Positions 1 to 9,260 of a stretch of 64,000 nt of DNA are shown in pieces. The translations under genes and the position numbers were made by a program. The notes beneath the pieces are model-generated. The model was given only the letters and a program-made list of their open reading frames with translations, was not told the DNA's origin and made no database searches. How positions within the stretch are numbered: position 1 is the stretch's first letter; each line of letters starts with the position of its first letter. The DNA is from Spirochaetota bacterium (GTDB taxonomy: Bacteria > Spirochaetota > Spirochaetia > ARS1246), in contig JAJRYZ010000244.1 in assembly GCA_024275515.1 (NCBI GenBank), forward strand, positions 1,140 through 65,139, written 5' to 3'.

Positions 1-476
1 CGCAGGAAGGCATCACGCTTGCACTTGAATTGCATCACGGCACGTTGATCGACACCGTTGACGGCGCCCTCGCCTTTCTTGAACGCGTCGCACGGGGCAA
101 CATTGCCATAATCCACGACGCGGCCAATCTCTACCAGGACAATGCGGAGTATGGGAAAGCGGCCGTCGAAAAACTGGGTGACAGGCTGCAAGAAATCCAC
201 GCCAAAGACATCGTGGAAGTGGTGGACGATTCCAACCCCGCCGCCGGACGACCATACCGCGGGCGCCGGTTCGTCGACAGAATGATAGATCAGGGCGGGG
301 TGGATCAATACTCGATTTTTGCAGGTCTCAAGAACATCGCTTTCGACGGATATGTCATTGTTGAATCCGGTTTGGTGTCGGGACTCGACGCTTTCGCCGT
401 GGCGGACGGATGCTACAACGCTATCCGCCGAATCATGACGGCGCTGAAAATGGACCAACAGGCTCAGGAGAAGTAA
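1..476 (+). CDS. sugar phosphate isomerase/epimerase (xylose-isomerase-like TIM barrel), 5'-partial
   Basis: The frame is open from base 3 (QEGITLALELHHGTLIDT...). LALE.H.G and IHDAANL motifs are typical of AP-endonuclease-2/xylose-isomerase-like TIM barrels. The stop at 474-476 abuts the next gene's ATG at 477. Confidence 0.7.
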   Translation, partial: QEGITLALELHHGTLIDTVDGALAFLERVARGNIAIIHDAANLYQDNAEYGKAAVEKLGDRLQEIHAKDIVEVVDDSNPAAGRPYRGRRFVDRMIDQGGVDQYSIFAGLKNIAFDGYVIVESGLVSGLDAFAVADGCYNAIRRIMTALKMDQQAQEK

Positions 477-1451
477 ATGGCTAGACTAAGATTGGCCGTA
501 TTTGGACTTGGGAGGATCGCCAACAGCGGACACCTTCCCGCGATCGCCGCGTGCGACGACGATATCGAACTCATTGCCGTGGTGGATCCCATCGAGAAAA
601 GAGCAAAAGTCGCGTTCGAGAAGTACGGAGCAAAAAAGATGTACGTCTCGCAGGAGGAAGCACTTGCGGATCCGGACATCGAAGCGGTCGCGCTCTGTCT
701 GCCTCATTTTTTGCACGCGCCGGTCACCGTTGCGGCGTGCCGAGCCGGTAAGCATGTACTGGTGGAGAAACCCATGGCCATCGATACATCGGAAGCCGAT
801 GACATGATCGCCTCCGCTAAAGAGGCCGGTGTGACGCTCATGGTTGGACAGAGTCGCCGTTTTCATCTGGCGATTCTGGAGTGCAAGAAGCGCTTCGGCG
901 AGATCGGGAAGCCTCTTCAGCTGATTACCAATTGGATGGGCTATCTTCCCGGTGCGCAAACGGAGTGGTGGCGGTCGGTGGAGAAGACCGGAGGACTGCT
1001 CATACCTCTTCAGGGCAGTCACGCCGTGGATTTCATGCTGTGGATGCTTGAGAAGACGCCTGCGACGGTATACGCACAGAGCGTCCACAACAACCCGGAA
1101 TGGGAGGGAGAGGATGAGGCGGTCATCCAGATGGGGTTCGACGGAGGCGCCATCGGGACCATTCTGCTTTCATTCAACGCGAAGGGCCTTCCATATGAAC
1201 GGTTTATCGTTGGATCGAAAGGCGTAATCTATACCGAAGGTGAAACCGTCCTAAAGATAAACAACGAGGAGATTATTTGCGGCGAAGAGCCCAACAGCAG
1301 TTTTCAGAGGCAGTATCGAGAATTCGCCGCGGCCATCCGCGAGAATCGGGAACCGCTTGCTTCGGGCGCGGAAGTGCGCAAGGTAATCGTGACGCTCGAT
1401 GCGGTTCGGAAATCTATTCGTGAAGAAGCGGTAGTGCGAATACGATCATGA
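477..1451 (+). CDS. Gfo/Idh/MocA family NAD(P)-dependent oxidoreductase
   Basis: N-terminal Rossmann segment RLAVFGLGRIANSGHLPAI and the family EKP motif (VLVEKPMA). It abuts the upstream gene (TAAATG) and overlaps the downstream gene by 4 nt. Confidence 0.85.
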   Translation: MARLRLAVFGLGRIANSGHLPAIAACDDDIELIAVVDPIEKRAKVAFEKYGAKKMYVSQEEALADPDIEAVALCLPHFLHAPVTVAACRAGKHVLVEKPMAIDTSEADDMIASAKEAGVTLMVGQSRRFHLAILECKKRFGEIGKPLQLITNWMGYLPGAQTEWWRSVEKTGGLLIPLQGSHAVDFMLWMLEKTPATVYAQSVHNNPEWEGEDEAVIQMGFDGGAIGTILLSFNAKGLPYERFIVGSKGVIYTEGETVLKINNEEIICGEEPNSSFQRQYREFAAAIRENREPLASGAEVRKVIVTLDAVRKSIREEAVVRIRS

Positions 1452-2512
1452 CCGGACGACAACGCGTGCTGGCGGCCATGCGAAGAGAGATCCCGGACAG
1501 AGTCCCGAAGACATTCAGCCTGTGCCCTTCTCAAATGCAGACGTTCAAAAGGCGAACGAACGCGTCCGACCCCGCCGAGCATTTCGGTTTTGAGGTACGG
1601 TCGGTGTCCGCCGGTCCGACTCGACAAGTCAATGATTTCTCTCCATGGCTGGGGGACACCTCACTGTTGCGCGTGGATGAATGGGGGGTGGGGTGGAGCA
1701 CGACCGAATCTTCGTTTCATTCCGAGATGATGCGTCATCCGTTGCAGAGCGCACAATCTGCCGCGGACGTGGAGGCGTATCCGTTTCCGGATGTGGACCT
1801 GAGCTATCGATACGAAGGCATAAGGGACAATGTTGACGCGCTTCATGACCGCGGATTGGCGGTCGCAGGTAACGTCAGTCCCCTGGGAGGCACCATCTTT
1901 TGGCCGGCGTACAAGCTGAGAGGAATGGAGACTCTTTTGATGGATCTCGTCGACGGATCTCCCGTTGCCGAAGCGCTTCTGGATCGCGTGACTGAGATCT
2001 CCGTCGCGATGGCGAGAGAGCTGGCGGGCTGCGGCGTCGACATTATTCATACGGCGGACGATTTGGGCACGCAGAAGGGTCTGATGATCGGCAAAGAGAT
2101 GTATCGCACATGGTTCAAGGAACCGATGCGCAGGGTGGTAGATGCCGCAAGAGAGGTCAATCCGGATATCCTCGTTTTTTTCCATTCCGACGGGAACGTC
2201 GAGGAGCTGATACCGGAGTTCATCGACGTCGGTATCGATATCCTCAATCCTCTTCAACCCGAATGTATGGACGTGCGCAGAATAAAGCGCACCTATGGGC
2301 GCCGTCTCGCCTTCTGGGGAGGTGTGGGGACTCAAACCACCATGCCGTTCGGCACACCGGAAGAAGTGCGTCGGTGCGTAAGGGAGTTGATAGAGGTCGT
2401 AGGCCGGGACGGCGGACTTCTCATAGCGCCGACGCACCTTCTGGAACCGGAGGTGCCGTGGGAGAATATCACTGCTTTTGTCGACGCCGTCGACGAATAT
2501 GGGAGGTACTGA
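1448..2512 (+). CDS. uroporphyrinogen decarboxylase (URO-D/MtaA-like) family protein, paralogue 1
   Basis: Full-length resemblance to the URO-D fold family (RVLAAMRREIPDRVP..., DIIHTADDLGTQKGLMIG, FFHSDGNV..LIPEFIDVGIDILNPLQPECMD). ATGA overlap with the upstream oxidoreductase. Confidence 0.8.
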   Translation: MTGRQRVLAAMRREIPDRVPKTFSLCPSQMQTFKRRTNASDPAEHFGFEVRSVSAGPTRQVNDFSPWLGDTSLLRVDEWGVGWSTTESSFHSEMMRHPLQSAQSAADVEAYPFPDVDLSYRYEGIRDNVDALHDRGLAVAGNVSPLGGTIFWPAYKLRGMETLLMDLVDGSPVAEALLDRVTEISVAMARELAGCGVDIIHTADDLGTQKGLMIGKEMYRTWFKEPMRRVVDAAREVNPDILVFFHSDGNVEELIPEFIDVGIDILNPLQPECMDVRRIKRTYGRRLAFWGGVGTQTTMPFGTPEEVRRCVRELIEVVGRDGGLLIAPTHLLEPEVPWENITAFVDAVDEYGRY

Positions 2513-2570
2513 CGTGGACGCGTCCGGCAGTCGCGGCAGTTTCATCAGAAAATCCTCCGACGTCGATCCC

Positions 2571-2597
2571 GTCGCAGTAGCAGTCGCAGTCGCAGTC
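2571..2597. repeat. hexanucleotide microsatellite (GTCGCA-like units, about 4.5 copies, one variant unit)
   Basis: Read directly: gtcgca gtagca gtcgca gtcgca gtc, in the 200-nt spacer between convergent genes. Confidence 0.6.
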
Positions 2598-2714
2598 ACG
2601 TGCCCGTGCGGATCGGCGATTCGAGGGGTAAGTTCGAGATTCTTAATATCGTTGTCCCGGCGTTCGATCCCGAGGACGAGTACGTGGTCGAAGAGTAGTT
2701 CCCGCCTGGACCGG

Positions 2715-3872
2715 TCACACGCACGCGTCTCGTATTTCCATCAGATAGATCTGCCGGCCGTTCTCGTGAGCCGAATCGACGCATACCGTTGCCCCGTCCG
2801 GACTGAAGCGAGGATGAAGATCGCAACGCCACTCTCCGCTGTATTCCGGAGGTGCGGGAAACGTGCACAGATCAACGCGTCTTCCCGAGTCTATGTGATA
2901 CAGATACAAATCCTGCAGGCGGTCCTCCCCCTGTGGATAGGTGTCGTTGAGTATCCATTCGCCTCCAGGAAGATATGTGCAATGACCGTTGCGACGTTCG
3001 TCCAACTCGCAAACGAAACCGCCGTCGCGTTCGTCGAACAGATAGAATGCACTTTCGTGCTCCGGCGGCTTGGTGTAGGCCAGAATGTGATGGGGGTCTT
3101 TCCAGATGAAGTGTGACGTGTGTCCCGAATCGTCCACGACGCGCACATTCGATCCGCTCATGTCCGCGGTCAGCATCCTTGTCCTGAAACCGGCCGACTC
3201 ATCCGCCGGTCTCCATCGGTGAAGGAATTCGAAGCGGCTGCCGTCGGGATTGACCAGTAAGTGATTGAAATAGTGCATTGCGTCGGGAGCTTCATCCACG
3301 TCGAATTCAAACCGCGTAACCTGTTCGATAGTGATTATGAGTTCTTCGGTTCCCCGGTCGAGATCGATCAGCCAAATACCCGAATCGTCCGGTGCATAAC
3401 GGCCCTCATTCGGGTCCGGTATCCCGGCATAGCCGTACCCGGGCCTGAGGTGATTGATACGCCTGAAATCGGTAGCAACCGCACTCCTCCCGTCGGGGCT
3501 TAGCGCATAGATCGCGCGAGGAATCTCGACCTTCTCCCCTGTGTCGATGTCCAGCATGTGTGCCACAAACCGTTCGCCGGAACGATCATTCCAGATTACC
3601 GTTCGCTCCCTTCCGGGGACCCACTGCAGCATGCATCCCTGCTGCCAGCACCAGGCCCTTGTCTGCGCGAAATCGATCCAGCGATTGTCGTCCCGAAGAT
3701 CTATCATTCCCAGCTGAATCGTGTCTTCCGGTCGCGGCGAACGACCCTCGAAGTCTACCGCCATGCCGAGCAAATAGCGCCGAGACGAGTCGAATTGCAG
3801 TTTGTCGTAATAGCCGAACCAGTGAAAACGATCCGGGCCGGTGACGGCCTCGATCGGGACGTGCGGAATCAT
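2715..3872 (-). CDS. TolB-like / oligogalacturonate-lyase (PL22)-like beta-propeller protein
   Basis: ATG at 3872 is preceded by GGGGAGGG. The repeated blade-like pattern and C-terminal HPRFSPDGATVCVDSAHENGRQIYLMEI resemble the Ogl/TolB propeller family. No signal peptide. Confidence 0.55.
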   Translation of the reverse strand: MIPHVPIEAVTGPDRFHWFGYYDKLQFDSSRRYLLGMAVDFEGRSPRPEDTIQLGMIDLRDDNRWIDFAQTRAWCWQQGCMLQWVPGRERTVIWNDRSGERFVAHMLDIDTGEKVEIPRAIYALSPDGRSAVATDFRRINHLRPGYGYAGIPDPNEGRYAPDDSGIWLIDLDRGTEELIITIEQVTRFEFDVDEAPDAMHYFNHLLVNPDGSRFEFLHRWRPADESAGFRTRMLTADMSGSNVRVVDDSGHTSHFIWKDPHHILAYTKPPEHESAFYLFDERDGGFVCELDERRNGHCTYLPGGEWILNDTYPQGEDRLQDLYLYHIDSGRRVDLCTFPAPPEYSGEWRCDLHPRFSPDGATVCVDSAHENGRQIYLMEIRDACV

Positions 3873-4017
3873 AAAGACCCTCCCCGTTATCGATACCGCA
3901 GGTTACCGTCCCCGGCAAGCGGCGTCAAGGAACGCAGAATTCTGAGATCTGCACAAAAACAGGTGAGATCCAGACATTTACCGGCGGGCAACCGGAGTCT
4001 ACGATGAAAACGCACCA

Positions 4018-4944
4018 ATGAAACCCGTTGCCATTTCAGTCGCGAAGAAGCTGCGACTCATGAATCGCCACCGTTCCGTCTATCTTCTGCTTCTTCCGGG
4101 GATCGCCTTCTTCTTCATCTTCAAATACCTGCCTATTTATGGAATACAGCTCGCCTTCCGCGAGTATAGACTCTACGTGCCGTACGGGCGGATGCCGTGG
4201 ATCGGGATCGAAAAGTTTCGTGATTTGGTAGCCGCTCCGGATTTCTGGCGTGCGTTTAAGAATACGATATTCATCTCCGCGCTTCAAATCGTCTTCGGCT
4301 TCCCCGTCCCGGTGCTGCTCGCGGTACTGTTCAGCGAGCTGCGATTCATCCGCCTCAAGCGGTTCACTCAAACCGTGCTGACCTTCCCGCACTTTCTCTC
4401 GTGGGTTATCCTCTCGGGCATCTTTTTCAATCTCCTGGGGAACACGGGCGTCGTAAATAACTTCATTTCGAGCCTCGGGCTTCCCAGGCAGAATTTCCTC
4501 ATGAATCCCGGGAGTTTCCGCGGCCTGCTTGTCGCCACGAGTATTTGGAAGGAGTCGGGGTGGGGGAGCATAATCTATCTCGCCGCGATCATGAGCGTCG
4601 ACTCTTCTTTGTACGAAGCGGCCGAGATCGACGGCGCGGGCCGCGCTCAGCAAGTCTTCCACGTTACGCTTCCCGCCATCATGGGGGTAGTCATCGTCAT
4701 GCTCATTCTCCGAATCGGAAACATAGTGAACTACAACTTTATGCAGGTGTTCATGATGTACAGTCAGCCTGTATTCAAGGTCGGCGACGTCATCGAAACC
4801 TACATCTATCGGATCACGTTCGAACGACCGCCGGATTTTTCGTTTTCGACGGCGGTGGGTGTATTCAAGGGCGTGATTAATCTGTTCATGCTTGTCGGGG
4901 CGAACACCCTGGCGAAGCGGCTCGGATATCGTGGGATCTATTAG
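4018..4944 (+). CDS. carbohydrate ABC transporter permease, LplB/MalF-type
   Basis: Multi-TM protein with the EAA loop (LYEAAEIDGAGRAQQVFHVTLP) and the LplB-type N-terminus (FIFKYLPIYGIQLAF). Confidence 0.85.
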   Translation: MKPVAISVAKKLRLMNRHRSVYLLLLPGIAFFFIFKYLPIYGIQLAFREYRLYVPYGRMPWIGIEKFRDLVAAPDFWRAFKNTIFISALQIVFGFPVPVLLAVLFSELRFIRLKRFTQTVLTFPHFLSWVILSGIFFNLLGNTGVVNNFISSLGLPRQNFLMNPGSFRGLLVATSIWKESGWGSIIYLAAIMSVDSSLYEAAEIDGAGRAQQVFHVTLPAIMGVVIVMLILRIGNIVNYNFMQVFMMYSQPVFKVGDVIETYIYRITFERPPDFSFSTAVGVFKGVINLFMLVGANTLAKRLGYRGIY

Positions 4945-4948
4945 GAGC

Positions 4949-5818
4949 GTGGCGGTGAAGCGACGGCCAACCCTGGGAGACTATGTTATCGCGTCGGTTC
5001 TGACGGCGTGGGCCGTGGCGATCCTCTTTCCCGTCTACAACCTGCTTGTGGTCTCACTCTCTTCGGAAATAGCCGCGATCAAGGCGAGGATCCTCCTCTG
5101 GCCGCGCCCCTTCGAACTGAGTTCGTATCGATGGGTGTTCCTGAGCGGTCGGATCAAACGAGGATTCCTCATTACTCTCTTTCTCATCGTCGTGGGCGTG
5201 CCCTATACAATGTTCCTCAGTACGAGTCTTGCGTACGGGCTGGCAAAAAAGCTCCCAGGAGTGAGCTTCGTGAGTTTTTTGATGATCGCGACGCTCTATT
5301 TCGGTGGCGGACTCATCCCCTTCTACCTCGTGGTACGGAATCTCGGTCTGGTGAACAGCATATTCTCCATGATCCTGCCTCACGGCGCGACGGTATTCCA
5401 TGTGATCATCTTGCGGAACTTTTTTCAAAACGTCCCGCCGGACATCGAAGAGTCGGCGTACATGGACGGCGCGTCGGACATACGCATATACGCGCGGATT
5501 ATTCTGCCCATCTCGACTCCTATTCTCGTAACCATCGGGCTATTCGTCGCGGTTACCTATTGGAACGAGTGGTGGTATTCGCTGCTTTTCATTTCGGAAG
5601 GCGGCAAACAGTCGCTGCAATTCGTGCTTCGCAGCATTCTCATGGAAGTCACCCAACTCACCGCCACCATCCCGGAAGACTACGACATAAGCAGGCTTTA
5701 CAACGACGGGATACGCGCCGCCGTCGTAATCATCACGACCGCGCCCATCGCAGCGCTCTACCCGTTCCTGCAGAAGTACTTCGTGCGCGGGCTGATGAGT
5801 GGGGCGCTGAAATTCTAG
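4949..5818 (+). CDS. carbohydrate ABC transporter permease, LplC/MalG-type
   Basis: EAA loop ESAYMDGASDIRIYARIILP. The track ORF starts at 4892, but an in-frame GTG at 4949 follows AGGAG and avoids a 52-nt overlap. The start is uncertain by a few codons. Confidence 0.85.
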   Translation: MAVKRRPTLGDYVIASVLTAWAVAILFPVYNLLVVSLSSEIAAIKARILLWPRPFELSSYRWVFLSGRIKRGFLITLFLIVVGVPYTMFLSTSLAYGLAKKLPGVSFVSFLMIATLYFGGGLIPFYLVVRNLGLVNSIFSMILPHGATVFHVIILRNFFQNVPPDIEESAYMDGASDIRIYARIILPISTPILVTIGLFVAVTYWNEWWYSLLFISEGGKQSLQFVLRSILMEVTQLTATIPEDYDISRLYNDGIRAAVVIITTAPIAALYPFLQKYFVRGLMSGALKF

Positions 5819-5898
5819 CGAAAAGGGAGGTGCCTACGGACAAACTATCTCGCGTTCTGTTCACGAAACCACATACATGATCATGAGGAGAAGAAGGA

Positions 5899-7524
5899 AT
5901 GAGAAGGTTTTTTCTAGTGTCGATCGGCCTCGTATTGTTGAATGCGGTCGCTTTCGGCGCGGGTCAATCGGATTCCGGATCGGCCCAGGAGCTCGCACCG
6001 GTCACTATTGCGTATAATATTTACAATACTTCGCTCGACTACGAGAAGGACGACGTCTACCGCTGGATAAAAGAGAAATACAACGTCGAGTTCAAGCACT
6101 ATCAGGCCTCGGGCGCGGACTGGCAGGAAAAGTTGCAGATCTGGGTCGCTTCAGGCGATATGCCGGACGTTATGAACTGGGATTTCAAATACCATCACAT
6201 GCCCCAGTACAACGAATGGGTCCGTCTCGGTGCGCTTCGGCCTCTACCCGACGATTTATCGAAATATCCCAACCTGAAGGACGGCGTCCTCGACAAGATG
6301 ATCACCGACGAACTGTTGATGATCGACGGCAAGCGTTACAGCCTTCCCCACGTGCGCTCATACGCGTATTTGCCGGGAGAGGGCTTGGAGTACATCTGGG
6401 AAGGGGCCCACATAGTCTATCGGCGCGACTGGGCAAAGCAAGTCGGGCTCTATAAAGAAAATGACATCTACACGTGGGATGAGTTCATCGAGCTCTGCAA
6501 AGCGTTCATAGACCAGGATCCGGGGAACAACGGCCCCGGCAGGACCATAGGCTATACGATGCACAGCTTCGGCTTCTCCCAGGGCTTTACGGGAGTGCTG
6601 TACACCTATCCCGACTATATGGGCTACGGCCCCGGGTACGTCAAGAAAGGCGGTAAATACGTTTGGGTCGGTAACCAACCCGAGCTTATCGAGGGCATCA
6701 AAGCGTTCCGACGGATCGTCGACGCGGGTGTGCTGTGGAGCGACCAGCCCATCGCCAAAGGAGCCGAGGGACTTGATCGGTTCTACGCGGGCGAGTCCGG
6801 TGCGATGCTCTCCTACAATTCCACCGGCGGAATCCGAAATGCCCGCCAGAAGATGATAAAGCTCCATGGCCTTTCCATCGAAGAGGCCAGAGACGCCGTC
6901 GCACCGATGCACATCGAGCGAGCCGACGGGAGCCTCTTTGCCCTGCCGCTGGACGACTATTGGAGCATCGCGGTCTTCAGCGCCAAGATGAGCGACGAGA
7001 AGATGGACAGGTGGCTGCAGCTGCAGGACTGGAATTCCACGACCGAGGGATTCTTTTCGGCGCGGTACGGTTTCAAGGGCGAAGGATGGGAGTACGACTC
7101 CAACGGCGACATCAAGGTTCTGTGGGACCTGGATCCGGAAACGAAAAAGTTCATCGCTCCGGACAACGTCGTCAATGGATGGAATCAGTTCTGGGCGAAC
7201 ACTCATGAAGACGGTTACGTCAGACTTCCCAAGACCGACGTCGCCATGCGGGAGCTCAAGGTTTTTGAGGATATAGAAGCGTTTCTCGGTCAATACAAGG
7301 GTCGTATCACCGGATACACCAAGCCCGACCCCTATCCGAAGTTCTTCTCCGGTGAGAATTTCAACAAGTACGGCAACTTTGCGGGTGAAGTCCACGAGAA
7401 GATCGTTGAGATCGTCTACGGGAATACACCCTACGATCGGATCGGCGATGTGTGTAACGAGTGGGTCGAAACGAAAATGCCTCAGGTTCAATCGGTACTC
7501 GACGAACTGAACTCAGGCATCTAA
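5899..7524 (+). CDS. extracellular solute-binding protein, large LplA-type (family 1)
   Basis: Signal peptide MRRFFLVSIGLVLLNAVAFGAG with no Cys. The ~540-aa size and its position after the two permeases are typical of LplA-type binding proteins. Confidence 0.85.
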   Translation: MRRFFLVSIGLVLLNAVAFGAGQSDSGSAQELAPVTIAYNIYNTSLDYEKDDVYRWIKEKYNVEFKHYQASGADWQEKLQIWVASGDMPDVMNWDFKYHHMPQYNEWVRLGALRPLPDDLSKYPNLKDGVLDKMITDELLMIDGKRYSLPHVRSYAYLPGEGLEYIWEGAHIVYRRDWAKQVGLYKENDIYTWDEFIELCKAFIDQDPGNNGPGRTIGYTMHSFGFSQGFTGVLYTYPDYMGYGPGYVKKGGKYVWVGNQPELIEGIKAFRRIVDAGVLWSDQPIAKGAEGLDRFYAGESGAMLSYNSTGGIRNARQKMIKLHGLSIEEARDAVAPMHIERADGSLFALPLDDYWSIAVFSAKMSDEKMDRWLQLQDWNSTTEGFFSARYGFKGEGWEYDSNGDIKVLWDLDPETKKFIAPDNVVNGWNQFWANTHEDGYVRLPKTDVAMRELKVFEDIEAFLGQYKGRITGYTKPDPYPKFFSGENFNKYGNFAGEVHEKIVEIVYGNTPYDRIGDVCNEWVETKMPQVQSVLDELNSGI

Positions 7525-7559
7525 GCGGTGCCGGACGGAGCCGTCGTATAGACCTTGCC

Positions 7560-7592
7560 GGTGCTCCACCGAATTGCTTTCGGTGGAGCACC
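7560..7592 (+). terminator. perfect 14-bp hairpin downstream of the binding-protein gene (T-tract-less terminator/stabiliser candidate)
   Basis: ggtgctccaccgaa (7560-7573) pairs with ttcggtggagcacc (7579-7592) around a 5-nt loop. It lies 35 nt after the stop at 7524, between convergent genes. No U-tract follows. Confidence 0.45.
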
Positions 7593-7745
7593 CGGTGCGC
7601 GGCGGCCCGTGCGGAGGTCGGTTCGAAAAGATGCGATTCGAGAAACCGCAGCCGGCGGAGCGGGCCTCTTATGCATTGCCGAACCTGCATCGTTTGTAAT
7701 TATGGAGGAAATCGGCGCCCGGCGAGGCGTTCAGCGTCGCCGGTT

Positions 7746-9134
7746 CTACAGGTCCCGGTAGATCGGCGCATGGATGTTGATATTGTATGCGAAATCGGCA
7801 TCGATGCTGTACAGATCCGCCTGCTCCAACCGTACCTGAAGTCGTATCCACCGCTTTCGACGCACGATCTCTCCGAGATCCGCGCCGTTTCGCCATCGAA
7901 CGACGGCGTTTATCCTGTCGCCCCGGATCTCGCGGCAATCGTTATAGGTGAAACCGGGGACGGGTCGGTACTCCGGGTCACACACCTGCACCCGGACACC
8001 GCCCAGCGGCGCCTTGACGTTGAGTGAAACGACGGTGGAGCTCAGGAGAAGACACTCGGTAGTAATCTCTCCGCAGCCCCGGGTCGAGGCCAAGCTAACG
8101 AAACCGTTTTTCCGAAGCAGCCCCGGAAGCAGCACGCCGCTCCTCCTCCCTTCGGCCACGACATCATGGATCCGGTGATGCTCCTCCAAACGAGCGACGG
8201 CGTACACGAGAACGTCTTCGTCCCGCTCGATCATCGCCGCGCCGTACATCGACCCCGCTCCGTATTGCCCCGGCTCGCGTCTCGGCATCGCCGGGGCGTG
8301 GGTGCGATTCCACATCAGCCCGTCGTACGAATAGGCGTATTCGGTCAGCACCGGACCGCCCATTACGTCGTTGTACGGCATCAGTTGATTCCATAGAAAC
8401 CCGATGAACACCTCCCCGGCGCGGTAGTAGAATTGAGGCATGCCGTAGAAATGAGTCGACGGCGGGTCGATCGGCGAAGGATGAACAATCGGACGCGGGG
8501 GTGTCCATCGCAACAGGTCGGGACTCTCCACCAGACAGACCCTGCGCTCTCCCCATCTTCTGCGCAGCGTAATTTGATACCGGTCGCTCACCGGATTCCT
8601 GATAAGTGAGTTATAAGTGTCGCTGTGATGCGGAAGGAAGGACCCGGTCCGACTCGATGTCCAGTTGACCCCGTCGGACGATTCGGCAATGCAGGAAGGC
8701 AGCGTCTCCAACCCCTCTTCGGTCCGAGCGATCGGAGAGTTGGTCATTTTGTATCGCTTGGCGGAATCCGTTTCGGACTCGTCATAGTACACGCAGCAGC
8801 CGGCGGGCGCCGGCATCCCGGCCACGAGAACGTTCGTCGTTATTCCGCGAGAATCCGTTCCGACCGGCGCCGGTTTCCAGCGGAGCCCGTCGTCACTCTC
8901 GGCCATACACAGAATCGTCGACATCTCCGTCGCTCTGTCCACACCGGTGAGAGTTATGTAGTAGAGGTAGTATCCTCCGGTAGGCGAAGGGACAACACTT
9001 GCGTATCCCATTCCGTAGAGGGAAACAGGGTCGGAGTAGCAGTGCTCCTCAATCCAGGTGGGCGTATGAACGATACGGCGAATCGATTCCTGACGGTGAA
9101 TGAGAAAATCATCGAAAAAAACAATCGTCTTCAT
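7746..9134 (-). CDS. glycoside-hydrolase-like five-bladed beta-propeller protein with C-terminal beta-sandwich (family not assignable)
   Basis: Blade motifs AESDDGLRW, AESSDGVNW and ESPDLLRW recur as in GH32/43/130-type propellers. The protein-like sequence starts at MKTIVFFDDF (ATG 9134). The track ORF's 142 extra N-terminal codons are Arg-rich and run into the divergent regulator gene. Confidence 0.6.
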   Translation of the reverse strand: MKTIVFFDDFLIHRQESIRRIVHTPTWIEEHCYSDPVSLYGMGYASVVPSPTGGYYLYYITLTGVDRATEMSTILCMAESDDGLRWKPAPVGTDSRGITTNVLVAGMPAPAGCCVYYDESETDSAKRYKMTNSPIARTEEGLETLPSCIAESSDGVNWTSSRTGSFLPHHSDTYNSLIRNPVSDRYQITLRRRWGERRVCLVESPDLLRWTPPRPIVHPSPIDPPSTHFYGMPQFYYRAGEVFIGFLWNQLMPYNDVMGGPVLTEYAYSYDGLMWNRTHAPAMPRREPGQYGAGSMYGAAMIERDEDVLVYAVARLEEHHRIHDVVAEGRRSGVLLPGLLRKNGFVSLASTRGCGEITTECLLLSSTVVSLNVKAPLGGVRVQVCDPEYRPVPGFTYNDCREIRGDRINAVVRWRNGADLGEIVRRKRWIRLQVRLEQADLYSIDADFAYNINIHAPIYRDL

Positions 9135-9260
9135 GACTGATTGTACAATGTCGGACAGCCGGAGTATACGAGAGATTCGGCTGCCGGGGCTTTTGTACGC
9201 ACCTTGAGTCTTTGCGCTTGACATGCGATCTCCGACGAAACGTAATGGAACGGAGGGAGA

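Noticed and set aside
2478-3116. A 212-aa plus-strand ORF and a 312-aa minus-strand ORF (1661-2599) around the convergent spacer, including a TATATAT peptide from the hexamer repeat
   Set aside because: Both are mostly antisense to well-supported genes. The repeat-encoded stretch is a translation artefact of the microsatellite.
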